Program-made: the position numbers and the translations under genes
DNA from: Tetramitus jugosus
Taxonomy: Eukaryota > Protista > Heterolobosea
Direction of reading: 5' to 3'
NCBI GenBank assembly: GCA_937625935.1
Contig: OW569390.1
Span: 248,001 to 312,000 of the forward strand
DNA: 64,000 nucleotides
The notes under the pieces: model-generated
What the model saw: only the letters and a program-made list of their open reading frames with translations
Told to the model about the DNA's origin: nothing
The model's database searches: none
In this document: piece by piece, positions 43,174 to 54,800 of the stretch
Numbering within the stretch: position 1 is the stretch's first letter
Layout: every line of letters begins with the position of its first letter

Positions 43174-45726
43174 ATGTGGCTCCGAACCAAATTAAGTCTA
43201 TTCCATCGTGTACTCGAATATGATGTCTATGGCCATGAAGAAGAAGAAGAAGGAGAAACAGAAGACGACACCACAAATACAACAACAACAACAACAAGTG
43301 CATCCGATCATCATCATCATCATCATCCTCCTCCCTCTCATTTCACTCATGCACTCAATACTCAACACATGAATAGTAATGTAATTGATAATAGTGATGA
43401 ACTAAATCAAAGTAATACAACAAAGAAAGATACATCATTGGATCGCAGTAGACATCACTTGTCCAAGGATGAATTATCAGAGATTATGGGTGGTGTTCAT
43501 CGAGAAGCATTTCTTCATCAACAAAACACGAATCATGATGGTGGTGAGACTCCATCTTCATCTCCTGTAACATCATCATCCTCTGTACCATCACTCTCTT
43601 CTCTTTCAGTATTGAATGAGGCAACAAGTGATCAATTGATGAATGAGAGTACTAATAATACTGATCAAACATTGTTGCACATTTCATCTTCACCTTCATT
43701 GATGCAATTAAACAAGGATACAACAACAACAATAACTACGGATTCTTCCAATGAAGCAACATCAACAACAGATGATCAAAAACAAAAACAACAACAATTC
43801 ACTTCATCTGTATCAATGTCATCATTAGACTCAATCACCAATCATCAGTCATCATCACCTAGAATTGCCACTTCTCACAATCATCATGAACATTTTAAGC
43901 CTCATACACATAATAATAACAATAATAATATTAATAAGAATACTAATAACAGTAATAATAGTAGTAGTAGTAGTAGTGAAAGTGATATTGCACTGCAAGA
44001 GAATAGACTACCGAGAAGAACATCATTTGATATGAGAAGTCAACCATCAGAGCTCAGAGCCTACCTCCAATCCATTAAACTACACGGTGTCAAAGATGAC
44101 ATTAGCAACCTATCAGAAGCACAATCATCAACAACAAGTACAATAACAACAACAACAACACCTCCACCGAATCAATTGGATTTCAGTACGTGGAAACCTC
44201 AAGTCTTTCACACTCGGGGACTGAGAATACTGTTGGTGAGACATGGTGAATCAGAAGCCAATGTCAACAAGCATCTATTGACATGCATGAGTGATTATAC
44301 GATACCATTGTCAAAGAATGGTATTAGACAGGCTCATGCGGTCGGTGTGTTCATTCGCCAGTATCTCAATCATATCAATCAAGTGTACAATGAACAGTTC
44401 AGTGCTCACTATGAACAAGAACAATTGTTAGAACAAGAGAAACTAGCGCAACAGCAGTTAGAAGAAGAAGAAAAGAGGTGCAAGAAGAAGCAGAAACACA
44501 AGACAAAATTATTGAAAAACAAGAAAAAGCAGAATAATAACTATAGTGATGATGATGATGATGACGATGATGAGAGTGATAGTTCAAGTAATGATAATAA
44601 TGATAATGGTGATAATAAGGATAATGACAGAAAGCGAAAACAAAACCAGTTGATGAAACGAATGAGAAAATCGTTGTCCAAGAAATTGTCAGCATCCAAA
44701 TCATCATATGCATTGAATGAGAAGAACAATGAGGGAATCGAGAATGAAAATGATGAGGATGACGATGTAGAACCGTTCAGCAGTATTCTAGGCACTCATT
44801 CATTCTCATGGGATGACTTGAGTGAACTGTATCATATGCAACCAACATCATCATCTCAACACTCGACTACGAACAATCACTCAAGTAAGACTCGTAAGGA
44901 CAATGTCAATGATGATGTAGATGATGACGAAGATGGAGATGTGAATAATGACAATCGCGTAACGAGTACCATCACACAAGTAACACCATTGCCATCTCCA
45001 CCCGAACTGCCACCAGTCAAAAAGGTCAAAGTAGCACTGTGGACCAGTCCATACAAGAGAGCAAGACAAACAGCAGAAGCCATCCTATCAGAGTGTCGCA
45101 TCGGTCAACTCATTGACACGTATCGTGAAAATGTGTTGCTCGGTGAACAACAGTTTGGATTGTTTGAAGGTGTTCCACTCGATCAAATCAGAGAAAAGTA
45201 CAGTAATGAGATGGAGCACTTTGAGAAGATGATTCGATTCGGTGGTCGTTTCTATGCGAGATGTCCACTGGGTGAGTCGAGATTTGATGTTGCTACACGT
45301 GTGGCTCAAACCTTTTCACAATTCCTCTATGATGCACAAACCAAGGGCATCAAGGACATTATTGTCGTATCGCACGGTGTGACAATTCGAGCCTTTATCA
45401 TGATGTTCATGAAGTATACACCAGAGTGGATGGAAGTGGAAGAGAATCCCTATAATTGCAGCGTGAGACTCTTGCAGGGAAAACATGATCGCAAATACAT
45501 TTATGAGGGATTCATGGAAGAATTTGTAAAGAACAAGAAGAAGAAGGAGGAAGAGAAACGGAGGAAACAACAACAACAGCAGCAGCAGTTGCACTCTACG
45601 ACTGAGCCAGAGCGATTAATCAACGATTGCAACAACAACTGCAACCACAACCAAGAATGTGTTCACAACAATGATTACAACTGTTGTGCATCAGAGGATG
45701 ATGACAACAATCATAAATGGAACTGA
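43174..45726 (+). CDS. Histidine phosphatase (PGM-like, DET1/AT74-type) with large low-complexity insertions
   Basis: LVRHGESEAN, TSPYKRARQT, EQQFG, GESRFDV and VSHG motifs. Confidence 0.9.
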   Translation: MWLRTKLSLFHRVLEYDVYGHEEEEEGETEDDTTNTTTTTTSASDHHHHHHPPPSHFTHALNTQHMNSNVIDNSDELNQSNTTKKDTSLDRSRHHLSKDELSEIMGGVHREAFLHQQNTNHDGGETPSSSPVTSSSSVPSLSSLSVLNEATSDQLMNESTNNTDQTLLHISSSPSLMQLNKDTTTTITTDSSNEATSTTDDQKQKQQQFTSSVSMSSLDSITNHQSSSPRIATSHNHHEHFKPHTHNNNNNNINKNTNNSNNSSSSSSESDIALQENRLPRRTSFDMRSQPSELRAYLQSIKLHGVKDDISNLSEAQSSTTSTITTTTTPPPNQLDFSTWKPQVFHTRGLRILLVRHGESEANVNKHLLTCMSDYTIPLSKNGIRQAHAVGVFIRQYLNHINQVYNEQFSAHYEQEQLLEQEKLAQQQLEEEEKRCKKKQKHKTKLLKNKKKQNNNYSDDDDDDDDESDSSSNDNNDNGDNKDNDRKRKQNQLMKRMRKSLSKKLSASKSSYALNEKNNEGIENENDEDDDVEPFSSILGTHSFSWDDLSELYHMQPTSSSQHSTTNNHSSKTRKDNVNDDVDDDEDGDVNNDNRVTSTITQVTPLPSPPELPPVKKVKVALWTSPYKRARQTAEAILSECRIGQLIDTYRENVLLGEQQFGLFEGVPLDQIREKYSNEMEHFEKMIRFGGRFYARCPLGESRFDVATRVAQTFSQFLYDAQTKGIKDIIVVSHGVTIRAFIMMFMKYTPEWMEVEENPYNCSVRLLQGKHDRKYIYEGFMEEFVKNKKKKEEEKRRKQQQQQQQLHSTTEPERLINDCNNNCNHNQECVHNNDYNCCASEDDDNNHKWN

Positions 45727-45762
45727 ACTTGCATTCATTGACAAATTGTAGTGTACATTTAA

Positions 45763-46410
45763 TTATTCCTTGTACTGTTTCATTTCGTCGACGTAGCCCA
45801 ACATGCTCATATCGGTCATTCTCTGCACATAGGTCATACCATCCAAGTGATCCAACTCGTGCTGTATCAACCGAGAATGATTCCCACTCACTGTTCTCTG
45901 CACTCGTTCCCCAGTCTCTCCATCTATAAAACTGTAGGTAATGGTGTTGAAACGAGGTACGCGTCCCATGAGACCAGGCAATGATAAGCACCCTTCCAAT
46001 CCCTCCACTACATTATTCTCACTACTCTGATGAAAATCATCAATGGTAGGATTGAATGCAATAGTGAGAGGTATGCATGTGATTTTGTCTTCTGAGCGAT
46101 CAGCTGGTAATCGAAAGGCAATGACTCTATAGGGTCTATTGATTTGAGTGGCTGCTAATCCAATGGCAGTACCCGTGCTCAACAATGTTTCTCTCAACTC
46201 GTTTGCGATCTGGTTGGCCAATTCTTGATTTTCAAATATAATTATTTTATTGTTGTCCGTGTGATTGTTGTTGTTATCAGTGGTGGTGGTGTTGTTGTTG
46301 GAAATGAGTGTGAATGGAGTGGCAATGACTTCGAGTCCAGGGTGACCCTTTCGAATAATGGGTCTAATGTAGTTTTGTTTGTTGTTGTTATCCACTGGTT
46401 GAATGTTCAT
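45763..46410 (-). CDS. def: Peptide deformylase
   Basis: All three motifs present: IGLAATQI, EGCLS and QHELDHLDG. Confidence 0.95.
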   Translation of the reverse strand: MNIQPVDNNNKQNYIRPIIRKGHPGLEVIATPFTLISNNNTTTTDNNNNHTDNNKIIIFENQELANQIANELRETLLSTGTAIGLAATQINRPYRVIAFRLPADRSEDKITCIPLTIAFNPTIDDFHQSSENNVVEGLEGCLSLPGLMGRVPRFNTITYSFIDGETGERVQRTVSGNHSRLIQHELDHLDGMTYVQRMTDMSMLGYVDEMKQYKE

Positions 46411-46585
46411 GGTTGTTGTCTTGTTGTGATTTGTGTTTGGTTTGTGTGTGCTTTTTGTGGGGCTTTGGACGACACTGTGTGGATCTACAGTAGTTGTTGT
46501 TGAAAAAGAATCTGAGCGTGAAAAGGTGAGAAAACTTGTTGGATGAATACGAGACAGATAAAGATTTACTCTGTTCTTGTTGCTC

Positions 46586-47455
46586 TTACTCTATTGTACA
46601 ATCGAGACCATCAAGAGCCATCCTCTCCTTGAGAATGAAACTGGGCAGACAGAGACAGAATACTGGTACACGAACTACCATTGTGGTGTTTCTATCACTC
46701 TCAGGACACTGATAATCATCCATGAGGTGACCAACAGAGCCACTACTCCGATTCTTTCTCTTCTTTTTCTTACTGTCGTTCATTTGAATTTCCACTGGAA
46801 TCTCTACAAAGTTACCGAGGTTGCTCTCTTCCTGAGAATCATCATGTCGCTTTGTCTCTTGTTCTTGTGAATCAAGCACCACTCTTCCAACTCTTCCATG
46901 AAGATGAGCAGGTACCTGTCCATGTATCATCATATCTTCAGGTATCGAGATCATGACTCGATCATTGTTTTGAAGATACCTTGGACAGAGGATACCTTGA
47001 ACAAACACCAATGGTTCTTCTACTAGTAGTTCGATTCCCTTTCTGCTTGATGAACGCCTTATTTTTGTCCTTTTGCTGTGGCTTGAATCACTTGCGTTGG
47101 TAGTCCTTCTCTTGTTTCTACTGGCAGTAGTCTGATGTTCCAGTCGTCTTCTACTTGAATGGGGTAGAATGGATGGAACAGACGTATCACTCGAGTAGCA
47201 ATAATAGTCTGCAGAGGCACCTGTTGCAGCAGCCGTGTCCACAATTGAATGTTCATTATGGAACATGGTCATTGTACTTGGCGATGTTGCACTTGTTCCG
47301 AGTTGAGGCATCGAGGCATCATGAGCTTGATAGCTGTAGAGGTCATGCATGTGTCCACCACCGTAGAGAGCAGCCGGTGCCGTGTTCCACTGTTTCATCA
47401 TGGTCATACTTTTCCAGATCTTAAACTCCAGTTCTTGTTCCGAGTACAGGTGCAT
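46586..47455 (-). CDS. Hypothetical protein with basic NLS-like tracts and a possible SH3/KOW-like domain
   Basis: 289-aa ORF; NDRVMISIP...GQVPAHLHGRVGRVV. Confidence 0.6.
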   Translation of the reverse strand: MHLYSEQELEFKIWKSMTMMKQWNTAPAALYGGGHMHDLYSYQAHDASMPQLGTSATSPSTMTMFHNEHSIVDTAAATGASADYYCYSSDTSVPSILPHSSRRRLEHQTTASRNKRRTTNASDSSHSKRTKIRRSSSRKGIELLVEEPLVFVQGILCPRYLQNNDRVMISIPEDMMIHGQVPAHLHGRVGRVVLDSQEQETKRHDDSQEESNLGNFVEIPVEIQMNDSKKKKRKNRSSGSVGHLMDDYQCPESDRNTTMVVRVPVFCLCLPSFILKERMALDGLDCTIE

Positions 47456-48025
47456 GATGATTGTTTTCTGAGAGCCGCAAGTAGCAGAGTACCTCTGGTT
47501 TCGTGCTTAGTAGTAGGGTGTGTTGTTATTGTTGGTTGTTTCCACAACACCCATCTTTCTTCGATTGTTATTGGATTTCCTTTTATTGTGAAAGAGAGCA
47601 GCAGGTAGCTAGCTCGAAGCTCGCCTCCAACATTCACGCAATTGACACCGGTCAATTTAGGACCCTGTAAAATGAGAGGTCGCACCGAAATCAAAATTCG
47701 AGGACGCTCAAGAATTCTGACCAGGAGGAGTTTTTTTTTACTGAATTCAGAAGTCCGAGACCGAAATTGCTGGGTGCTTTTTGTTTGGATCAAGCTGTTG
47801 ATACTGTAAAGAACAGCTTGACAACTGTTCGCAAGTTTGAATTTGTACCACTTTTTACTCCGGATCAGATGTTGCTGCTGCTGGTGAATCAGCATCATGT
47901 TAGATAGGGCAATTGCATTGTCAACCACGGATCCTTCAAACGCTGTGTTGTCTTGGGATCTCTTAATTGTTGTTTTCTTTTTTACGACTGCAAGTTGGAA
48001 TTTGCATAATGCTGAAAAAAAAGAA

Positions 48026-48646
48026 ATGGGAAAGATCACTTACCTCGCAGTGTACTATGATCAACTTGACAATCTACCAGTGGACGTGTGCTATGACACT
48101 GGTCATGTCATTCCATTCCAAAGGGGCGACAGTCAGCAAGACATGATCCAGCATGTTGAACGTGTCACAGGAGCTCGACCTGGTAGTGCAGTGTATGTTA
48201 GCCACGACACTGACACCATCACCTATCGATTGTTGGACTATTTTGAAATGTATGAAAAGTGGTTCAATGACGATTCTGTGGATGAAGTGACATTTGACCC
48301 ATTGCGCATGGTTGAAGAGGATCGTCAACGAATGGAGCAGTATTTGACAGATGAGTTACAAGCTGAGATACTGAGCACCACAAGAGGCGATGATGTAGTT
48401 AGGACTGTTACCTTGCCATTTCGCAGATTGCGTGGCGTATTCATTGAACAAGCCACCTCTTGGGTGAAGGTATTCACTCAGTTATTCACTCCCACCAATG
48501 AACCTAACCCACAACACGTGGTAACTGCAGTTGATAACACATGCACGAAATATCCAGACGCAGAGGTCACTCTTGTGTATCCAATTTATGGCCACATAGA
48601 GATTCGCCTACGAAAGGGAAGGCCATCCTTAGGTACATTGGACTAA
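48026..48646 (+). CDS. Hypothetical globular protein (~206 aa)
   Basis: ATG48026 follows an A-rich leader within ORF 47897-48646; coding-like composition from there on. Confidence 0.6.
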   Translation: MGKITYLAVYYDQLDNLPVDVCYDTGHVIPFQRGDSQQDMIQHVERVTGARPGSAVYVSHDTDTITYRLLDYFEMYEKWFNDDSVDEVTFDPLRMVEEDRQRMEQYLTDELQAEILSTTRGDDVVRTVTLPFRRLRGVFIEQATSWVKVFTQLFTPTNEPNPQHVVTAVDNTCTKYPDAEVTLVYPIYGHIEIRLRKGRPSLGTLD

Positions 48647-48881
48647 GTGTTCTGTTTCGGAAACGGCCTTTGTTTGCCCCACAACAACGGCTCATAAATC
48701 CGAAGATCATTTATGGTGCATTTCTCCAGCAGTTCAACCAGTTCCACGGATATTTTCACCACCCGTACTTTGACACTTGACACTAAGACCTAGGTTATCC
48801 TATCCCTTTTGATCTCCTCAACAACAAACACCACAAAGCAAAACAATCATCTTCGTTGGATTATTCACCTCCCATGATCTC

Positions 48882-51800
48882 ATGCACCTTTCCTGTACCC
48901 TCCTTCTCCTTTTTTCTCTCTTCTTCTTGTCACAGTGGAGCAACAACATCAATGCAGAACTTCAAGCACAGTATATCAATTTTGCTGGTGGTGATAACGA
49001 ATTTATTGTCAAAGATGGTGTAACTTCAGGTTCGGGAGATGTGTTCTTGATTGGGCAACTCAGTTCTTCTTCATCTTTGTCTGGTGGTGGAAAGTTCCCA
49101 TGTGGGATAATGAAGTACACAGGCAATGGAACCTTGTTGTGGTACAAGGCATTGAATGAAACATCTACAATGTGGTTTTATCCTACGAAAGCAACAACAG
49201 AAAATAATCAGTTCCACATTGCTGGTTTCACACAGACGGACGGCTCAAACTCTACTCAGGCAACTGTGTGTCGATTGGACTATGACGGAAATATTGTGGG
49301 ATGTATTACTGTCAGCAACACGCATTCTGGGACAAAGATTTCAAAGATTTATGATATCGTTTATGAAGCAGTCTATGACAGGATGTGTTTCACTGGGTAC
49401 ATCGGTTCTATTAGTCCTACCTATACAACTTCCACTCGGGTGTTTATATCATGCCAGGCAGTGGGTATCGTTCAGGTTAATTTCATGGTTCAAAGTACAC
49501 TTGCGAGTGGCATCAACGCTGGTCACAAGCTGAGAGTTTATAGTCTAGGATTCTATTTAGTATCCGGTCTTGTAGAAGGATCGGTAAAATTCTCAAAGAC
49601 ACTGACCGTGACTCAACCTAGTGCTTTTGTTGCGCAATATAGATCACTTGCCTTGGGATTAGGACAGTGGTTTTGGGACTATTTACATCCTAAAACGACG
49701 TACGGTTATCCACCAGTTCATACAGCAGACATTTCGAACATTTTCTTCCCAGATGAATACGCCTCAGTGACAACCTTTACTGATTCAGGACAAACAACTA
49801 GTTACAACATTTTGTCAAAACAGGGTTCAGCTGATAATTTTATGGTCATTCGAAGAGTATCTTACGTAGGGGGTTACGTGGCAACGGGAGAGATTTTTGG
49901 TTCAGTTGAAGTGGATGGAATACATCTAACTGCTCCTGCAAACAGTTCAATAGGATTCATCATGAAGACAGATAATCTATTTTCAGTTGACAGTATCAAG
50001 GTGTTGTATGGAGACGGAGTCAATTATGGTGTTGCTGTCTCTTCATTTCCTTCAGGAGAATTACTGTGGGTAGTTCACTCAGCTTGTCAGCGTCAGAGAT
50101 TCTGGGGTGAAGATGCTCCATTGTTAAATGAGAAACAAAACGTGGTGTTTGCTAAGATGGCAATTAGTGACTCAGTTACTATTCCTAAAGTTTACATCGA
50201 CTTTCCATACCTCATTAGGGAGAATGTATTTTCTTCTACTTTCGAGTATCATATTCGATCTGATTTGACCTTGCAATCTTCTTTGACTGTTTTAGGTACA
50301 ATGTATGTATATGAAAACCTTCATTTGGTAGGTGGTAGGTTAAATGCAAGTGGAGCGGGCGACCTTTATCGAGCAAATGTTCATTGCTTGCAAGAACATT
50401 TCAGGAGCGTTACTGTTGACTCGACCTCACATATTAACTTAAGTTACACAGATGTGCAGAGACTGGCAGTACTTATCAACGGTGGTACCGCAAATGTTAG
50501 CCACACCACATTTTCTTCGTGCGACCCGGGTTGTCTAATGGCATCCAATACTGGTGGCCTATATGTCATACACAGTTCATTCATAGCAAATTCCAACAAT
50601 ACTTTTGCTGTAACAGTTTTACAGGATGATTATTCGAGCAGATTAGTAGATATGGATGTTTCCAACAACACTTTCTCAGGAGTAGGTGATGCAATACGAT
50701 ACGTCAATACGAAAAACTTTACATTTGAGGAGTTTACATGTTCACACAACACTATTATAGATGCTCAAAGTGGTGTAACTGTCCTATCATATGCAGTACA
50801 GTCTATCTCTATTTATGGCAATCATTTCATCGCTCTAAATACCCAATTTAAGGGGATAAGCTGTGTATCCTATGTGACGAGATTCGAGGGAAGGGTTTCT
50901 ATCCAAAACAATACTCTCATGAACACAACTATGCATATTGAGAAGGGTGAAGGGGGTTATTTCGACATATCCGGCAATGAGATTCATAGTACAAGTGATC
51001 ATCCTCCTTTGTATTTCTTTGCTCACAATTGTGATGGGCAAACATCAATTTCCAACAATCGTATATTGGACAATGAAGAATCTGTTCTCTTGGAGACTTC
51101 TCAATGTCCAGGTTCGATCGAATTCAGTTGGAACGAAGTGAGAGGTAACTCTTCACAAGGATTGCTTGATGTAAGAAACCCTGTCAAAATACGAAGGAAT
51201 TCTTTTTTACAACGAGGACCTGGAACAGCGCTGCAATATATCAGGCTAAATTCTTCATCACCGGTACTTAATGCTCAATTCAACAATTGGGGAGTGTTTA
51301 CAAGTGATGAGATCCTATTTCTAGCTGGAGTAGACAGCCTTGATTCTCTACTGAATGGAACAGGCAGTGTTCTCCCATTCCCATATTTGGATTCTTTATC
51401 AAATACGGTGCAAGTACCCTTGTTCAATGAGATTGCCAGAGATTGTTTTGATGTTGTTTCCTTTTGGCCTGGGGCTCCCTTTGGTGTGTATGAGATTCGT
51501 CCGACAGCTTGTGCCTCGATGTTAGTCCTATGTAACACACATAGAAAGTCGATTGTTGTTCACAACCGATATGATGGATCAACATCATTCAGCAGAACCA
51601 AGTCTGAATATAAGGAGGGTTTTGGTTTATTGGATGGCGAATTTTTCTTGGGATTGAACAAACTTCACATGCTGACGTCGATGGGAGCTGAAGTGTATTT
51701 TGACATGATCACAACTTCATCTACGTTTGAAGAGAAAGCAGGGTACATGTCTGTTGGATCAAGTCTAAATAACTACACCATTGACTTTAGATCTCTATTT

Positions 51801-54800
51801 CACTCTTCCTCCCTTCCTGACTTTATACTAGATGGTATTCAGTTTTCATTCCCAGGCGTTGCAGACAACTCATGCGCAACTCAATCTCAATCAGGTTGGT
51901 GGTTTGATGAACAACACTCTTGCAATAGTTTTAATCTCAATCAACGATATCCTTTATCGAGTAGTGTAGCATTGAGTCTCAGTGCTTTTATTCAGATTGA
52001 GACGAGCATTATATCGGATTCACGTCTCTCAACTATCGATTGTTCATCCAGTGCCATTCCAATTTGTAGTGTGAAAGAAAACCCAAATACCCATTGCTCA
52101 GGACACGGAGCATGCGTTGGCATGAGCACATGTATTTGTGCACCAGGATATGGTGGTTTCAGTTGTAACAAGTTTTCTTGTTTAGGAGTACATTTCAACA
52201 ACAGTGCTGTTTGTTCAGGTCATGGAACATGTATTTTGCCTGATGAATGTCGATGCAAATGGGGATACACTGGTTTTAATTGTAGTAATGAAATATTAGA
52301 GGTGTTGATCAACGCCAATCACTCATCAGTAGACCCTTGTGAGAACATTGTCGTTCAATCCACTCAGAGCAACAATAATATGAGTGGAAGGAACTATGTC
52401 TGGCAAGCATCAACAACATCGCAAACACTAACTCAATATTTATTCAGTCAGCAAAATAAGTTGTTGGTTGTTCCTAATCAATTCATTCCTTCTAACGAAA
52501 ATGTGACAATAACCTTGTTCATTCATGATTTCCAAGGAAACCAACTGGGAGCATCAAACTCGTTAACATTCTATCGACGGAAAGCGATTGTCAAAATAGA
52601 ATTACCAGGAGCAGGAACCTTATCTGTCAAGGACACTGGCTCTTTGCCTCTCTTTGCATATCTGACTGAAATTCCAAGTTGTTTGATGAACATGAATAAG
52701 ACTTGGCTCATTCAAGGTCAACCATATTCATCCACAACATTGAATCACTTAACATTCACGGTGAAGGCTTCTCCAAATATTTCTCTTCAGATTGTTTCTG
52801 ATCATTTGGAAGCCACTCGATCAGCTCCTGTGACAGTGATAGAAACAAAACCAAACGCTGTCATTAGTGGTGGAAGTCGAATGGTGTTGGCTGGAAGTCA
52901 GATTGTGCTGGACGCTCATCAGAGTAGCGATCCACTTTATGGTTCTATGACTGGAGCGACTTATAAATGGAGTTGTGATTCATGCACCAAACAACTTGCT
53001 TCAGGAGTCACAACCATTCTGGATGAAGGTCCAGGCAATTATACAATATCATTGATGTACACTCCCAATCCTTTTGTGGTCAATCGAGTTGGCAATGCAA
53101 GTATTACCATTCAGATCGTCAGTGAAGAGAGTGTGCTACCAGTGGTAAAGATCGCAAGTATTGTGCCAACCATTCTGAATCCGCGCAAAATTTTGAGAAT
53201 TTCTGCCAATGTGTCAAACTTAATTGCTGGTTCTGATGTTGGATATGAATGGTCAGTCAGAGCAGATTCCTCTCCCAGCTTCACCCTCACTCGAACTTAT
53301 TTGACTCTCCTTCCCTTGGTTCTCCCAGAAAACACGCTCAAGTACAACACCAGTTATACTTTCACGATTAGAGCCCATTATCTCAATGCTTCATTCGGCC
53401 AACTTGTTTCCTATGCTTCTGTCACTTCAAGAACATCATCTCCACCCACCATTGAAGGTTTCACATTTGATCCAGCCACTGGTGATGCACTATCTACATT
53501 GTTTACTCTATCGATTAATGCAACTGATATTCCTGAAGTCTATCCATTGTATTACTCTTTTGATTATTTCAATGAAGCACTCCAGAGGTTTGTGGTACTG
53601 AAAGGTTCCTCCATTTACAGCACCATAAGTACTCCTCTTCCTACTTTCGGTTCTCATCTGAGAGTTCGATGCACGGTTCGGAACTCTCAAGGAGGAGAAA
53701 TATCGACAGAGTTTTCAATTCCTGTCAGCTCTGAAGCGAGCGCGATTGAACAACTCAATCAAGCTGAACTATTATTGCAAGGTTTGAATTCAAATAACAG
53801 AACAGACAATGGTGAATTAGTGTTGAACATTGTTGCTGCAATGGTTAGTCGTCTTAGCAACAATACCACTGTTCCAGTGCAACAAATCACAAATATTTAT
53901 TCTGGAATTGTTGATTTTATGTTGAATAGTACATTGGATGAGATTCAAAACAGCAATGACTCCATCACTGAGCAGTTCATCATCTCAAAGATTAGTACAA
54001 TCAGTGTGATATCTAGTTTCAGCTCTCTGTTTTCGCTCTCAACAACTGATAAGTCAATGACAATTCTGAACATAGCTGTTGAGGGTTGCTTAACGTCTGA
54101 TATTTCTCTTGGGTCAAATGACACACAACAATTGGCATCTGCCGTATCCGACATTTATGGTGGTCAAGTTATCCGTTTGGGTAATAAGACTCTAGATATC
54201 ATTTCTCACCTCGTTTCCTTGATCGGAAGGGACAAGTTAGTGTTGGAGGATGAAACCGTTGTTTCAACAGATGCGTTTGCTGTGAGTGTTCGAGTTGATA
54301 CTTCGTCCACACTTCGCAATGCTTCCATTTCGAACTCTCTCGTTTCAGTGATGATTCCTGATGCTATCGATTCACTGAACGATGTTAGTACTTACATAGT
54401 GCAGTCGGTCAGCTTCAATCCAGAGATGAATCCATATGCATTGTCAAATAACGGACAGAATATCTCTTCGCCAATCGTCATATTCAAAATTTTGAACGGG
54501 GATGAAAAGGTGAAGCTTGTCAACTTAACGAAACCAATCGAAATTGTGTTAAGGAGAGATAATAGTAGTGCATTGGCGTTAGATCATATATTTGAATGTA
54601 GATACTTGGACGAAACGAGTGATAATGCTTGGCAAACAAATGGATGTTGGCTTGCTCAGTTCGACGACTTCAACATTGTGTGTCATTGCAATCACACAAC
54701 AAGTTTCACATCAATGATAATCTATGATCCCAAGAAACCGAACAAGGCATCTGATGGATTGTATATCACATGGATCATCATGTATTCGATATTTGCTCTG

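Larger units (their letters stand above)
30450..46410. repeat. Block dense in coding trinucleotide microsatellites (CAA/ACA/ACT/CAT/GAT/AGT)
   Basis: Poly-T/N/Q/H/S/D runs in FMT, TPR, TBC, DTW, Tim-like, PGM and PDF genes, e.g. 37040-37155, 37850-38020, 43278-43326. Confidence 0.9.

Noticed and set aside
47404-48039. 211-aa minus-strand ORF
   Set aside because: Spans a divergent promoter and UTR, has non-coding composition and overlaps better-supported genes.
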